32,000 nucleotides of DNA. Origin: Nitrosopumilaceae archaeon (GTDB lineage Archaea > Thermoproteota > Nitrososphaeria > Nitrososphaerales > Nitrosopumilaceae). Under the pieces are notes generated by a model that saw only the letters and a list, made by a program, of their open reading frames with translations, made no database searches and was not told the DNA's origin. The position numbers and the translations under genes are program-made. Each line of letters opens with the position of its first letter. Within the stretch, counting starts at the first letter, position 1. The DNA is taken from the NCBI GenBank assembly GCA_035620615.1, contig DASPGM010000014.1, forward strand, positions 21,226-53,225, written 5' to 3'. Of the stretch, positions 8,183-17,541 are shown in pieces.

Positions 8183-9929
8183 CAGATTTTGCCAAATTTC
8201 TTGGATAATCAGGATCAGTGTCTTTTACAATGGCTGAATAATATGCCAGAAGTTGAATTGGAATAATTTCTATCATAGGAAACATCGCTTCTCCTATACT
8301 TGGAATTTCTATCCAATGATCATAAATCTCACTTTTTTTATCTGAAATTCCAATAATCTTCGCACCTCTTGCTTTGATTTCACTTGCACTAGTTAAAGTG
8401 TCAGTATAAGTAGAATCATTTGGATTAATTATTAATACATAAACGTTTGAATCCATTAGTGCCAATGGCCCATGTTTTAGTTCTCCACCTGGAATTCCCT
8501 CAGCATGAATGTATGTTAACTCTTTTAATTTTAGAGCAGCTTCAGATGCGATTGGATAATGAATTCCTCTTCCTAAAACGTAAATGTCACTTACATTCTT
8601 CAGTTCATTTGCTATAGACTGAATTTTTGAGTGATTTGAAAGAATTTTTGAAATTGAATCAGATATCTCCTTGAAATCTAAATTCAGACACCCATTACAC
8701 AATTTTTCTGTAATTTTATAAATTATAGCAAGTTGCGAGGTAAAACTCTTAGTTGCTGCAACACCTATTTCAGGGCCACAATTCATTCCAAGAAAAAGTG
8801 AGGATTCTTGCACTAGTGATGAATTTTTATGATTGGCAATGGACAAAATTTTTGCATTAGATTTTTTGGCAATGCCTACTGCTTCAAGAACATCTGCGCT
8901 TTCACCACTTTGTGAAATTGCAATAAAAATTGAGTTAGGTTCTATAGAGTCTGGTAGGGTAGAAAGCTCACTGGAAATAATTGATTCTATTTTTATTTTA
9001 GCGAATTTTGCCATTAGATATTTTGCAACTAATGCAGCATTATAGCTAGTGCCACTACCTGTAATGTATACAGTTTTTGCATGTTTTATAAAATCAGAAG
9101 TTTGTTCTATTGCAGATTGAGTTTTATTTCCTGCATGCAGTATAGTTTCAGGTTGTTCAGATATTTCTTTTAATGTAAAGTGAGCATAATCTCCTTTGTA
9201 TGCATCAGCAAATTCTTTTGAAATTTTTGTAACTTGATGTTTTACAGGCTTTCCTTCAAAATCACAAATCTGTATTCCTGTAGTATCAATAAAAATTAAA
9301 TTTCCATTATCAACATATATCGCATCATCTGTTTGTTCAATAAATCCCAAAACATCACTTGATAAAAAATAATCATTTTTTCCAATTCCAATAATCATTG
9401 GTTCATGAAATCTAGCCGCGGCTAGCAAACCGTTATCAAACATTGCTACAAACGCGTAATGGCCTTTTAATTTTGAAACCGTACTAATGATTGCTTTTTT
9501 AACATCTAAAGTTAGATCATAATTTTGTTGTAAGAGGTTTGATATTACTTCAGTATCTGTTTCACTATTAAATGTAAATCCATTTTTTTGTAAATCTTCT
9601 TTTAACTCATTATAATTTTCAATAATTCCATTATGCACAATTGCAACTTTTCCTGAATTACTTGGGTGTGGATGTGCATTTATCTGGGTCACCTTTCCAT
9701 GAGTTGCCCATCTAGTATGACCAATTCCGATATTTCCAGAAAGTTTATCAAGATTTACAGAATTATTTACCTCACTAACTTTTCCAACTCCTTTTCTAAC
9801 TTCTATTTTATGGTCAGAATTAGTGGCTACTCCTACACTATCGTATCCTCGATATTCCATTCGTTTAAGACCCTTCACCAAAATAGGGGCAGCAGAGCCT
9901 TTTCCATAGTAACCTATTATTGAACACAT
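8169..9929 (-). CDS. glmS: Glutamine-fructose-6-phosphate aminotransferase (isomerizing)
   Basis: 586 aa; MCSIIGYYG (Cys2 after Met removal), RMEYRGYDSVG, GIGHTRWATHG, SGTSYNAALVAKYL, SQSGESADVLEA, ELKHGPLALM, C-terminal NLAKSVTVK. Confidence 0.97.
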   Translation of the reverse strand: MCSIIGYYGKGSAAPILVKGLKRMEYRGYDSVGVATNSDHKIEVRKGVGKVSEVNNSVNLDKLSGNIGIGHTRWATHGKVTQINAHPHPSNSGKVAIVHNGIIENYNELKEDLQKNGFTFNSETDTEVISNLLQQNYDLTLDVKKAIISTVSKLKGHYAFVAMFDNGLLAAARFHEPMIIGIGKNDYFLSSDVLGFIEQTDDAIYVDNGNLIFIDTTGIQICDFEGKPVKHQVTKISKEFADAYKGDYAHFTLKEISEQPETILHAGNKTQSAIEQTSDFIKHAKTVYITGSGTSYNAALVAKYLMAKFAKIKIESIISSELSTLPDSIEPNSIFIAISQSGESADVLEAVGIAKKSNAKILSIANHKNSSLVQESSLFLGMNCGPEIGVAATKSFTSQLAIIYKITEKLCNGCLNLDFKEISDSISKILSNHSKIQSIANELKNVSDIYVLGRGIHYPIASEAALKLKELTYIHAEGIPGGELKHGPLALMDSNVYVLIINPNDSTYTDTLTSASEIKARGAKIIGISDKKSEIYDHWIEIPSIGEAMFPMIEIIPIQLLAYYSAIVKDTDPDYPRNLAKSVTVK

Positions 9930-9966
9930 AATTTCTACCTAGTAATTGAAATATTTACAGATAAGC

Positions 9967-10566
9967 TTAATCTTTTGCTTGAACAGCCGAAGTGCCATCA
10001 CTTGATTCTTCAGGAGTATCTATTTCTGATTCATCAGTAGTTGGCTCTTCAATTTTTGTTTTCCCGTGTTTTTCCAACAGTTCTCCTAATGAAGAACCTG
10101 GGGCTAAACGAATTTGATCTTCCTCATTCATTCCAACCGAATACGATGGTACGTTTACAATCCTATCTCCAATCATAATATGACCGTGTACTACAGCCTG
10201 CCTTGCTTGATAAGGAGTTCTAAAAGAAAATTTCTTTTGAACTACTGTTTGTAATCTGCGAGATAACAAATCTGTCACCTGAAGGTTTAACACATCATCC
10301 AGAGTTGAATTCGCTTCTACTAATCCAACTTTAGATAACGACTTCATCAATATTGGTTCTTTTTCATCTCTTATTTCTTGTCTAAGCGCAAGTAAAGAAC
10401 GAGCTTGATGTCTCAATCTAGAAAGTTCTGTATGTGCTTTCCATAATTCTCGTTTTGTTTTTAATCCAAAAGTTCCTAATGTCTTTAATTCTTCCATCTT
10501 AAGATCATAATTGAGAGGATTTCTTGGTTTCTTCCAAGATCTTCGCGGATTTTTTGGATCTCCCAT
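9967..10566 (-). CDS. rps4: 30S ribosomal protein S4 (archaeal uS4)
   Basis: 199 aa; MGDPKNPRRSWKKPRNPL...FGLKTKRELWKAHTELSRLRHQAR, LSRRLQTVV, ARQAVVHGHIMIGDRIVNVPSYSV. Confidence 0.96.
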   Translation of the reverse strand: MGDPKNPRRSWKKPRNPLNYDLKMEELKTLGTFGLKTKRELWKAHTELSRLRHQARSLLALRQEIRDEKEPILMKSLSKVGLVEANSTLDDVLNLQVTDLLSRRLQTVVQKKFSFRTPYQARQAVVHGHIMIGDRIVNVPSYSVGMNEEDQIRLAPGSSLGELLEKHGKTKIEEPTTDESEIDTPEESSDGTSAVQAKD

Positions 10567-10575
10567 CTATTTCAC

Positions 10576-11253
10576 CTATTTTTTAGCTCCGCCCTTAGTC
10601 TCTTTTGCTTTTTCTTTCCCTTCAGCTGGAGCTGCAGCCTTTCCTGCAGCTGGTGCAGTACTTTTTCCTGCAGCTGGAGCTGCAGTCTTTCCTGCAGCTG
10701 GTGTAGTACCTTTTCCTGCAGCTGGAGCTGCACTCTCAGCTGGAGCTGCGCCTTCAGCAGCTACTTCTGCACCTGGAGCTCCAGGCGCACCAGCTGGTAA
10801 AACTTTTCCTCCTTTTTGAACACCGACGGCTCCTCCTTTTCGACCAGAAGTACGTGTACATTGTCCCCTAACTTTTAAGCCATACATGTGACGGTAACCT
10901 CTCCAACTATAGATCCCCTTTTCTCTTTCAATATCATTTCTAACTGTAAGGGCAATATCTGATGTAATCAAATGAGACGTCTGCCCTGTTTCAGAATCTT
11001 TTCGCCTATTTAGGAACCAAGATGGAAATTTAGCTGAATTTGGATCCTTAATTATTTGTTCAATTGATTGAACTTGAGATTCAGTAAGATTACCAATATT
11101 ACTATTAGAGTTAATTTTTAATGAATCTAAAATTGCATTTGCAAAGTTATAACCAATCCCTCGAATTTGTGTTAGACCAACTATAATTTTTTTAGATCCC
11201 GGAATATCATTTCCTACAATTCTCACAATATGCTGATATTCATTTGCTGTCAA
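10576..11253 (-). CDS. rps13: 30S ribosomal protein S13 (archaeal uS13) with a ~75-residue Ala/Pro/Lys/Gly-rich C-terminal extension
   Basis: 225 aa; core [13 protein letters not shown]...[33 protein letters not shown], then a low-complexity tail. Confidence 0.95.
   Translation of the reverse strand: MTANEYQHIVRIVGNDIPGSKKIIVGLTQIRGIGYNFANAILDSLKINSNSNIGNLTESQVQSIEQIIKDPNSAKFPSWFLNRRKDSETGQTSHLITSDIALTVRNDIEREKGIYSWRGYRHMYGLKVRGQCTRTSGRKGGAVGVQKGGKVLPAGAPGAPGAEVAAEGAAPAESAAPAAGKGTTPAAGKTAAPAAGKSTAPAAGKAAAPAEGKEKAKETKGGAKK
10615..10725 (-). repeat. 24-bp (8-codon) tandem repeat encoding (PAAGKxxx)n in the rps13 3' end
   Basis: [37 protein letters not shown]; + strand shows repeated tttcctgcagctggwgc. 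Confidence 0.85.
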
Positions 11254-11380
11254 GTATGAAGATTCAAAATTACCAAGATAAAAACCATACTAAGAATTTT
11301 ATCAAGAAAAAACAATTCTTTTCAAAAATATATCACAATTTCAGTAAATGGTATAAATTGTAAGAGCTCTAAAGTAGTTT

Positions 11381-13009
11381 ATGTTAGACACCTCAAGCAT
11401 TGTTGGACAAAGCTATAATTCCTCTCCAAAATACACTGAAATCCAAGCAGGATTACCTGAAGATTTTAAAGATATCAAAACCTTAGGTGATCTTTTAGCT
11501 ATTAATTACAAATTAGTTAGCGTAAAACAGCAACTTAGAAGAAATTTAATTTCTCTAATTAACTTGGGTAAGCCCAAATATCCTGGAATAATTGGTTTTG
11601 AGGATGATGTAATTCCCGCATTAGATAGAGCAATTCTTTCTTGCCATGATATATTTTTGGTTGGACAAATTGGTCAAGCCAAAACCAAAATTGTTGAAAC
11701 TATTTCTAAGAACCTATTATCCCCAATTCCAGTAATTAAAAATAGTATTACAAACGACTGCCCAATGGATTTACCTGAAAATGATTTGATATCATTACTG
11801 AATGATAAAGAACCAAATAATCTAAGTCCTAAATTCTATGTTAGTCCTGAAAGTGCTGAGAGAATACGTGATGATAAACTAGACACAGAAATAGTATGGT
11901 TGGAGGGAAAAAATAGATACAAGTATGTACTTGCAACTCCCGATATCTCAGTAAAAGATTTTGTTGGTTATATAGATGCAATTAAAGTTGCAAAAAAAGG
12001 AATTGAAATTTACAAAATTGATTCTTATTCACCAGGTCAGCTTATGCAGGCAAAACATGGAATATTTTGTATTGATGAATTACCAGTACTTGATCCAAGA
12101 AAACAAGTATCTTTACTTTCTGTATTACAAGAAGGTAGATTTACTACAGGTTCATATCCTGTAATCTTTGAACCAAAAATTTCTCTCTTTGCAACTGCAA
12201 ATCCAATTGATTATACTCATTCAGGGAAGGTAATCGAACCATTATACGACCGATTGAAAAGCCATATTCATACACATTATCCAAAATCAATTGATAACGA
12301 AATGTTAATTATTCTTCAGGAGGCAAAAATCCCTCAAACTATAATTTTTTCTCCAATATTAAAAATTCTTTCTACAATTATTCAAAACGCAAGAAAAAGT
12401 TTTGAAATAAATCAAGAAAGAGGTGTGAGTGTAAGACTTGGAATTCATGGACTAGAGTTACTTGTGGGAGAATCAGAAAGAGCACGTGCACTCTCTCATA
12501 AAATTACTGCAGTCCCAAGATTATCTGATATGTATTGTCTTAATCAAGTTGCAAAATTTGAACTTATTGAACAAGACGACACCATTGAAAATCGAGAAAA
12601 ATTCTTCAATAAATTAATCGACGACTCCATTCATCAAATCAGCATAGAATATCTGAATGAAAAGGATGCGACCCTATTAGAAGGAATAAAACAAGAATTT
12701 CAAGGAAAAACATTCCAAGTCTCACAGAAAATGATATGGAAAAATGGTCAAACTTCATACGAAAATCAACTTGATAATTTTAAAAATCTCAAACAACTTG
12801 TAGAATTAAAAGCTGAAAAAGTACATTCTGAACAAAAATTACTAATAGAAAAAACGGTTCCTTACAGTATAGAATCTAGCTCGTTGATAATCAATGAAGC
12901 AGGTGAAAGCGAATTACGCTCGGTTTTAACTGAAATTATTCTTGAAGGACTTCGGGGAACTACCCCAAAAATTCTCGAGCGAAAAGAAGCAGGATATGTC
13001 TCGGCCTAA
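11381..13009 (+). CDS. MoxR-type / Mg-chelatase-subunit-like AAA+ ATPase
   Basis: 542 aa; Walker A-like FLVGQIGQAKTKIVE; Walker B GIFCIDELPVLDPRKQVSLLSVLQEGRFTTGSYPVIFEPKISLFATANP; LYDRLKSHI. Confidence 0.87.
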   Translation: MLDTSSIVGQSYNSSPKYTEIQAGLPEDFKDIKTLGDLLAINYKLVSVKQQLRRNLISLINLGKPKYPGIIGFEDDVIPALDRAILSCHDIFLVGQIGQAKTKIVETISKNLLSPIPVIKNSITNDCPMDLPENDLISLLNDKEPNNLSPKFYVSPESAERIRDDKLDTEIVWLEGKNRYKYVLATPDISVKDFVGYIDAIKVAKKGIEIYKIDSYSPGQLMQAKHGIFCIDELPVLDPRKQVSLLSVLQEGRFTTGSYPVIFEPKISLFATANPIDYTHSGKVIEPLYDRLKSHIHTHYPKSIDNEMLIILQEAKIPQTIIFSPILKILSTIIQNARKSFEINQERGVSVRLGIHGLELLVGESERARALSHKITAVPRLSDMYCLNQVAKFELIEQDDTIENREKFFNKLIDDSIHQISIEYLNEKDATLLEGIKQEFQGKTFQVSQKMIWKNGQTSYENQLDNFKNLKQLVELKAEKVHSEQKLLIEKTVPYSIESSSLIINEAGESELRSVLTEIILEGLRGTTPKILERKEAGYVSA

Positions 13010-14345
13010 TACTGGAAATTTTGTATACTATCTAAGTGATGGTAAGAAAAAAAATACCAAATTTGAAAACACCCTTTCTGATAAGAAGCTAGGCGAAATA
13101 TTACATACACTCTCAAAATATTCAATGAAAGAAAAAACACCAGAATTTGAAGAATTAGAATCTATATTACAAAATTCCTTACATCAAAATGAAAACCAGG
13201 ATAATGAGATTAAAATGGAAAATGACAAAAATATTGAAGATGGCGGGGCTTCTTTAACAAAACTGCTGAAGGAAAAGGGTTATCTTCGTGAGGGAAAAAA
13301 ATGGTTAACCCATAAAGGATTTTTTAAAATTGGTGGAAAAATTCTTCACGATGTAATGAAGGAACTTAATTCTTCCGATGTGGGTTTGCATGAGACTAAA
13401 TTTATTGGCGGTGGTAATATCTTAATGGATACCACAAAAAAATTTGAACCAGGTAATGATTTTAAATTCCTTAGTGTACCTCAAACGTTACTTAACACCA
13501 TTAAAAGAATTTCCAAAATTAACCATCAAATTAATTTTCCAGTAGAAATAATTCTTGACGATCTTGAAGAATTTGAAACCTTTGAAGATGTACGAGTAGA
13601 TATAGTATATTGTATTGATTTAAGCTCTACAATGAAATATTCAATAGGAAAAAATGACTCAAGTAGAATTGAAGCTGCCAAAAAAGCCCTTTGGGGACTC
13701 TATATACTAAATAAAAAATTCTATCCAAATGATACAATCTCAATTGTGGGATTTGGTTCTATGGCATCATTAATTGATCCTTATGACATTCCATTTCTAA
13801 AAACATTTGATGCAAATGATGATTTTTTACATTATACAAATTACCAGGCTGCGTTAAGATTGGCTAGAAAAATTTTACAGAAAAGTTCTGCGGAAAATAA
13901 GAGAATAGTAATGATCACAGATGGACAACCTAGTGCTTGTTTTATTGATAACATTCACCAAAAAAATGATATTATTTCTGAGAAACCATACTCAAATTTC
14001 TATACGCCTAGTAAAGATGTTATATCTAAAATAAAAAAAGAACGAGATTTGAAACTCGACATAAACGAAGGAAGCCTGGTTTACCTTTGTTATAGATACA
14101 AGAAAGTAGACTCAAAGATAAATGATAGAACGATTATGGAAGCTAAAAAATGTAAGAGAGAGGCAATTAACATTGATACTATTGTGGTAGGTGAGGAAGA
14201 AGAACTTTTGAAATATGCCCAAGAACTTGAACAAAAATTAAAAGGAAAAACCTATCATATCAATCAGGAGAATATGGAACAAGTTCTAGTTCATGATTAT
14301 CTTACAAAAACCAGAAAAGTTTTAAGTTCTAAACAGATTTGGTGA
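12996..14345 (+). CDS. VWA-domain (ChlD/CoxE-like) protein; the ORF track extends the start to 12942
   Basis: MIDAS residues present: VYCIDLSSTMKYS, FLHYTNYQAAL, RIVMITDGQPSA. An in-frame ATG at 12996 starts MSRPNTGNFVYYLSDG and gives only a 14-nt overlap with the ATPase gene. Confidence 0.85.
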   Translation: MSRPNTGNFVYYLSDGKKKNTKFENTLSDKKLGEILHTLSKYSMKEKTPEFEELESILQNSLHQNENQDNEIKMENDKNIEDGGASLTKLLKEKGYLREGKKWLTHKGFFKIGGKILHDVMKELNSSDVGLHETKFIGGGNILMDTTKKFEPGNDFKFLSVPQTLLNTIKRISKINHQINFPVEIILDDLEEFETFEDVRVDIVYCIDLSSTMKYSIGKNDSSRIEAAKKALWGLYILNKKFYPNDTISIVGFGSMASLIDPYDIPFLKTFDANDDFLHYTNYQAALRLARKILQKSSAENKRIVMITDGQPSACFIDNIHQKNDIISEKPYSNFYTPSKDVISKIKKERDLKLDINEGSLVYLCYRYKKVDSKINDRTIMEAKKCKREAINIDTIVVGEEEELLKYAQELEQKLKGKTYHINQENMEQVLVHDYLTKTRKVLSSKQIW

Positions 14346-14349
14346 TTTA

Positions 14350-14661
14350 TTGGAACCTACCTACAACAAAGAAAAGATTTTAGAATCTATTTTTGATCCT
14401 GAAACATCTGAAATTTTAGCAGAATTAGAAAATGGTGGAAAAGAATTACAATATCTGACAGACAAATTAAAAATTTCTGAAGATGAAATTTACGCAAAAC
14501 TATCTTACTTAATTGAACACAATTTTGTAAAAAAAGAAAAAACCAATAGCAAAATTATTTTTACAGCGAATGCAGAAAAATTAGCAGAACAGGTTGAACA
14601 AGATAATAATTTTGATAATGTAGTTGATGGATTAGCTAAAATGGATAGTTATCTTAATTGA
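14350..14661 (+). CDS. Small winged-helix/HTH-like protein
   Basis: 103 aa; EILAELENGGKELQYLTDKLKISEDEIYAKLSYLIEHNFVKKEKTNSKIIFTANAEKL resembles a wHTH. TTG start 4 nt after the VWA gene stop. Confidence 0.6.
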   Translation: MEPTYNKEKILESIFDPETSEILAELENGGKELQYLTDKLKISEDEIYAKLSYLIEHNFVKKEKTNSKIIFTANAEKLAEQVEQDNNFDNVVDGLAKMDSYLN

Positions 14662-15163
14662 ATTTTTCTTTTCGTTTATTTCGTATTAAATTAACTACAA
14701 TTCCACCCATTCCAATTAATCCTACAAGTATAATATAGAAACCTATAATCCCTACAGAAAGGATATTGCTATCTGGCATGTATCCAATTCCAGCAACAAT
14801 TTTTATTTGTTCCAACCCAGAATTTTCAATAGTAACCCTGTAGGTACCTTTTGAGTTGATTTCAAATCGTTCTTCTGTTGTTTCTTGATCAATTGTCTTT
14901 GACAAAATTTGACTTTCACTTGGTTCAAACACAGTTACATGAATCATATTTTCCTCATATTTTGATAAGAGAATCCCATACACTCCAGTTTCACTAAAAG
15001 CAGGATCAAGTTCTGCTGTTACATCCATTGAAGAACCAGATTCCAAATTTTCTTCTGTTATGGTCAAATTTTGAGTTGCTAATTGTGTACCATAAAATGA
15101 TAGTACCATCCCTATTCCAATCAGAAATCCAACAATTAATAAAAAAATTAATGGTTTTTCCAT
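14654..15163 (-). CDS. Small membrane protein with hydrophobic segments at both ends flanking an extracytoplasmic beta-like region; function unknown
   Basis: MEKPLIFLLIVGFLIGIGMVLSFYG... and NILSVGIIGFYIILVGLIGMGGIVVNLIRNKRKEK flank a soluble region. Confidence 0.65.
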   Translation of the reverse strand: MEKPLIFLLIVGFLIGIGMVLSFYGTQLATQNLTITEENLESGSSMDVTAELDPAFSETGVYGILLSKYEENMIHVTVFEPSESQILSKTIDQETTEERFEINSKGTYRVTIENSGLEQIKIVAGIGYMPDSNILSVGIIGFYIILVGLIGMGGIVVNLIRNKRKEKFN

Positions 15164-15310
15164 AGGATTTTTTGTAAATTCCGTTAGTTAAAACTTGGTT
15201 TTTCAAGGCTATTTGACGAACAATTGTTGAGGGTTTTATTAAAGTTAGATAAGGCTAAAAAAGTTAGTCTAGGCTAAATTTAAATAGGAAATCAATTAAA
15301 CTAATTTAAA

Positions 15311-16369
15311 ATGAAAAATTCTAAAACAAATTTCATGGTATTAATTTTAATTATTATAGGAGTCTTATCTTCTTTATATTTTGTAATTCCTGGAACCATT
15401 CAAGCACAATCTGAGGAAAAAACTTTCATTACTCATAATGGTGGCATCGTAAAAACTACTGGAGAAGTTTTGGATCCTTTGTATACAAGTTCAACGGTAG
15501 AATTTGATCCAATGAATTATCTTCGAGAATTTCACTACGGTCGAATTTCACAATTATCTGATGGAAATACACTTCGGGAATATACCATAATAGCTGAAGA
15601 TGATAAAATTATGGAAGTTTCACCTGGGGTATTCTATAATGTTTGGACTTTTAATGGAACTGTACCAGGACCTACAATTAGGGCAACAGAAGGAGACATT
15701 GTACGAATAAATTTTATAAATAATGGGTCAAAATCCCACACAATTCATTTTCATGGAATTCATCCTGCAGAAATGGATGGAGTCTTTGAACCCGTCGGTC
15801 CTGGAGGTGGCCAATTTACATACGAGTTTGAAGCTGGACCTGTAGGGGTTCACCCTTACCATTGTCATGTCATGCCTCTTGAAGAACACATTGTGCATGG
15901 ATTGTATGGAGTTTTCATTGTAGATCCAAAAGAGGGAAGAGCACCCGCTGATGAATTGGTTATGGTTCTTAACGGATTGGATACAGATTTTGATACAGAA
16001 AATAATTTTTATGCTGCTAACACAATTCCTTTTTACTACCAACACCATCCAATTCGGATTAACACTGACGAATTAATCAGAATCTATGTTGTAAACATGG
16101 TTGAATTTGATCCCATTAATAATTTTCATTTGCATGGAAATCTTTATTATTATTATCCAACTGGAACGGAAACCGTTCCCTCATTTTATACTGATATGAT
16201 TACACTATCCCAAACTGAAAGAGGAATAATGGAATTTGAATACGATTACCCTGGGAAATATCTATTTCATGCTCATAAAGTAGAATTCTCAGAAAAAGGA
16301 TGGGTTGGAATATTTCTGGTAAAAAACAATTCCACATCTAATTCTTTAGGGGTAGAATATGGAGGTTAA
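15311..16369 (+). CDS. Exported two-domain multicopper oxidase (cupredoxin family)
   Basis: 352 aa; signal peptide; SHTIHFHGIHP, VHPYHCHVMPLEEHIVHGLYGVF, NNFHLHGNLYY, YLFHAHKVEFSEKGWVGIF. Confidence 0.92.
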   Translation: MKNSKTNFMVLILIIIGVLSSLYFVIPGTIQAQSEEKTFITHNGGIVKTTGEVLDPLYTSSTVEFDPMNYLREFHYGRISQLSDGNTLREYTIIAEDDKIMEVSPGVFYNVWTFNGTVPGPTIRATEGDIVRINFINNGSKSHTIHFHGIHPAEMDGVFEPVGPGGGQFTYEFEAGPVGVHPYHCHVMPLEEHIVHGLYGVFIVDPKEGRAPADELVMVLNGLDTDFDTENNFYAANTIPFYYQHHPIRINTDELIRIYVVNMVEFDPINNFHLHGNLYYYYPTGTETVPSFYTDMITLSQTERGIMEFEYDYPGKYLFHAHKVEFSEKGWVGIFLVKNNSTSNSLGVEYGG

Positions 16370-17534
16370 CAAAACCTCCAAGGGGCAGCTTTTAGTCAGC
16401 GGGCTTGTCCCATTTGGATTGGTTATCATTTTAATCGCCTACATTTTTGGTCCAGGGGCTGAATTGCTTGACTTGGGTACACCTCTTCCAGAAATTACTA
16501 TAGAGCAGGTCTACTTTATGAAAGGAGAAATTCAAGTTAGTGTCCGAAACACTGGCCCAATTCCAGTTGAAGTTGTTATGGCCGATGTAAATGATAGAAT
16601 TCAACCTTCCGCAATAGAACCAGATAGGTTTTTGGATAGATTTGAAACTGCTTTAGTAAGAATTCCTTTTGAATGGAATGAAGCAGAACCCTACATAGTT
16701 GGATTAACAATTGAGGATGGAACTCGTTTTGAAAAAGAAATTCAAGCCGCAGCGTCTACACTAGAACCATCTGGAGATCTTATTAGATTTTTTGCAATTA
16801 TTGGAACTTATGTTGGTATAATTCCTGTTATGATTGGACTTCTTTGGCTTCCATTCATTAAACGAATAAGTAAAGCAAAATACAACTTCTTTTTAGCTAT
16901 TACAGTTGGTCTTCTATTATTTTTGGGAATTGATGCCATAGAGGAAGCTGTTGAAGTTTCAAATGAATTTCTAGCTGGTAGCTTTAATGGTGCATTGTTA
17001 ATAGCTACTGTGGTAATACTATCATTTCTTGCATTATATTATTCTGGAAATAAGCTTGTAGACAGAGTAAAGTCATCATCTTCTTCAAAACCTATTGCTT
17101 TAGGTTTAATGATTGCAATTGGAATTGGTCTACATAACTTTGGAGAGGGATTAGCTATTGGGGCTGCAGTGGGTCTTGGCCAAATCGCATTTAGCACATT
17201 TTTAATTGTTGGATTTGCTTTGCATAATACTTCTGAAGGATTTGCTATTGCCGCTCCTATGGCAAAAGGAAAACAAATGATTGGCAAGCTTTTTGGATTA
17301 GGATTAATTGCAGGAACCCCTGCAATTTTTGGCGCGTGGATTGGAGGATTTCTTTTTTCTCCGTTTACTGCAATAATCTTTCTTTCGATAGGTGCAGGAG
17401 CAATATTTCAAGTAATTATAGCAATTTTAAGATGGATCCAAGACGAAGGCGACAAAAGCCTATCTAGTGCATCTGTTGCAGCTGGGATTGGAATCGGAAT
17501 GTTGATAATGTATATTACCAGCATTTTAGTTTGA
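16359..17534 (+). CDS. ZIP-family metal transporter with an extra N-terminal extracytoplasmic domain
   Basis: 391 aa; GIGLHNFGEGLAIGAAVG and GFALHNTSEGFAIAAPMA ZIP motifs; ATG overlaps the MCO 3' end by 11 nt. Confidence 0.88.
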   Translation: MEVNKTSKGQLLVSGLVPFGLVIILIAYIFGPGAELLDLGTPLPEITIEQVYFMKGEIQVSVRNTGPIPVEVVMADVNDRIQPSAIEPDRFLDRFETALVRIPFEWNEAEPYIVGLTIEDGTRFEKEIQAAASTLEPSGDLIRFFAIIGTYVGIIPVMIGLLWLPFIKRISKAKYNFFLAITVGLLLFLGIDAIEEAVEVSNEFLAGSFNGALLIATVVILSFLALYYSGNKLVDRVKSSSSSKPIALGLMIAIGIGLHNFGEGLAIGAAVGLGQIAFSTFLIVGFALHNTSEGFAIAAPMAKGKQMIGKLFGLGLIAGTPAIFGAWIGGFLFSPFTAIIFLSIGAGAIFQVIIAILRWIQDEGDKSLSSASVAAGIGIGMLIMYITSILV

Positions 17535-17541
17535 CAAAATT

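Noticed and set aside
8833-9923. + strand ORFs 8833..9045 and 9666..9923
   Set aside because: Antisense to glmS.
10511-10819. + strand ORF with FPAAGAA repeats, antisense to rps13
   Set aside because: It is the reverse reading of the Ala/Pro/Lys-encoding S13 tail; S13 and S4 on the - strand are convincing and cover this region.
12942-12995. ORF-track start of the VWA gene at 12942
   Set aside because: The extra 18 codons overlap the ATPase gene; the in-frame ATG at 12996 gives a short, more typical overlap. Experimental N-terminus would settle this.
15311-16369. Calling the MCO a canonical NirK nitrite reductase
   Set aside because: The blue-copper Cys lies in domain 1 but the usual axial Met is Leu, and the HCH motif plus domain 2 HAHxxEFxExGW fit an oxidase-like two-domain MCO at least as well. 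Left as a general multicopper oxidase.
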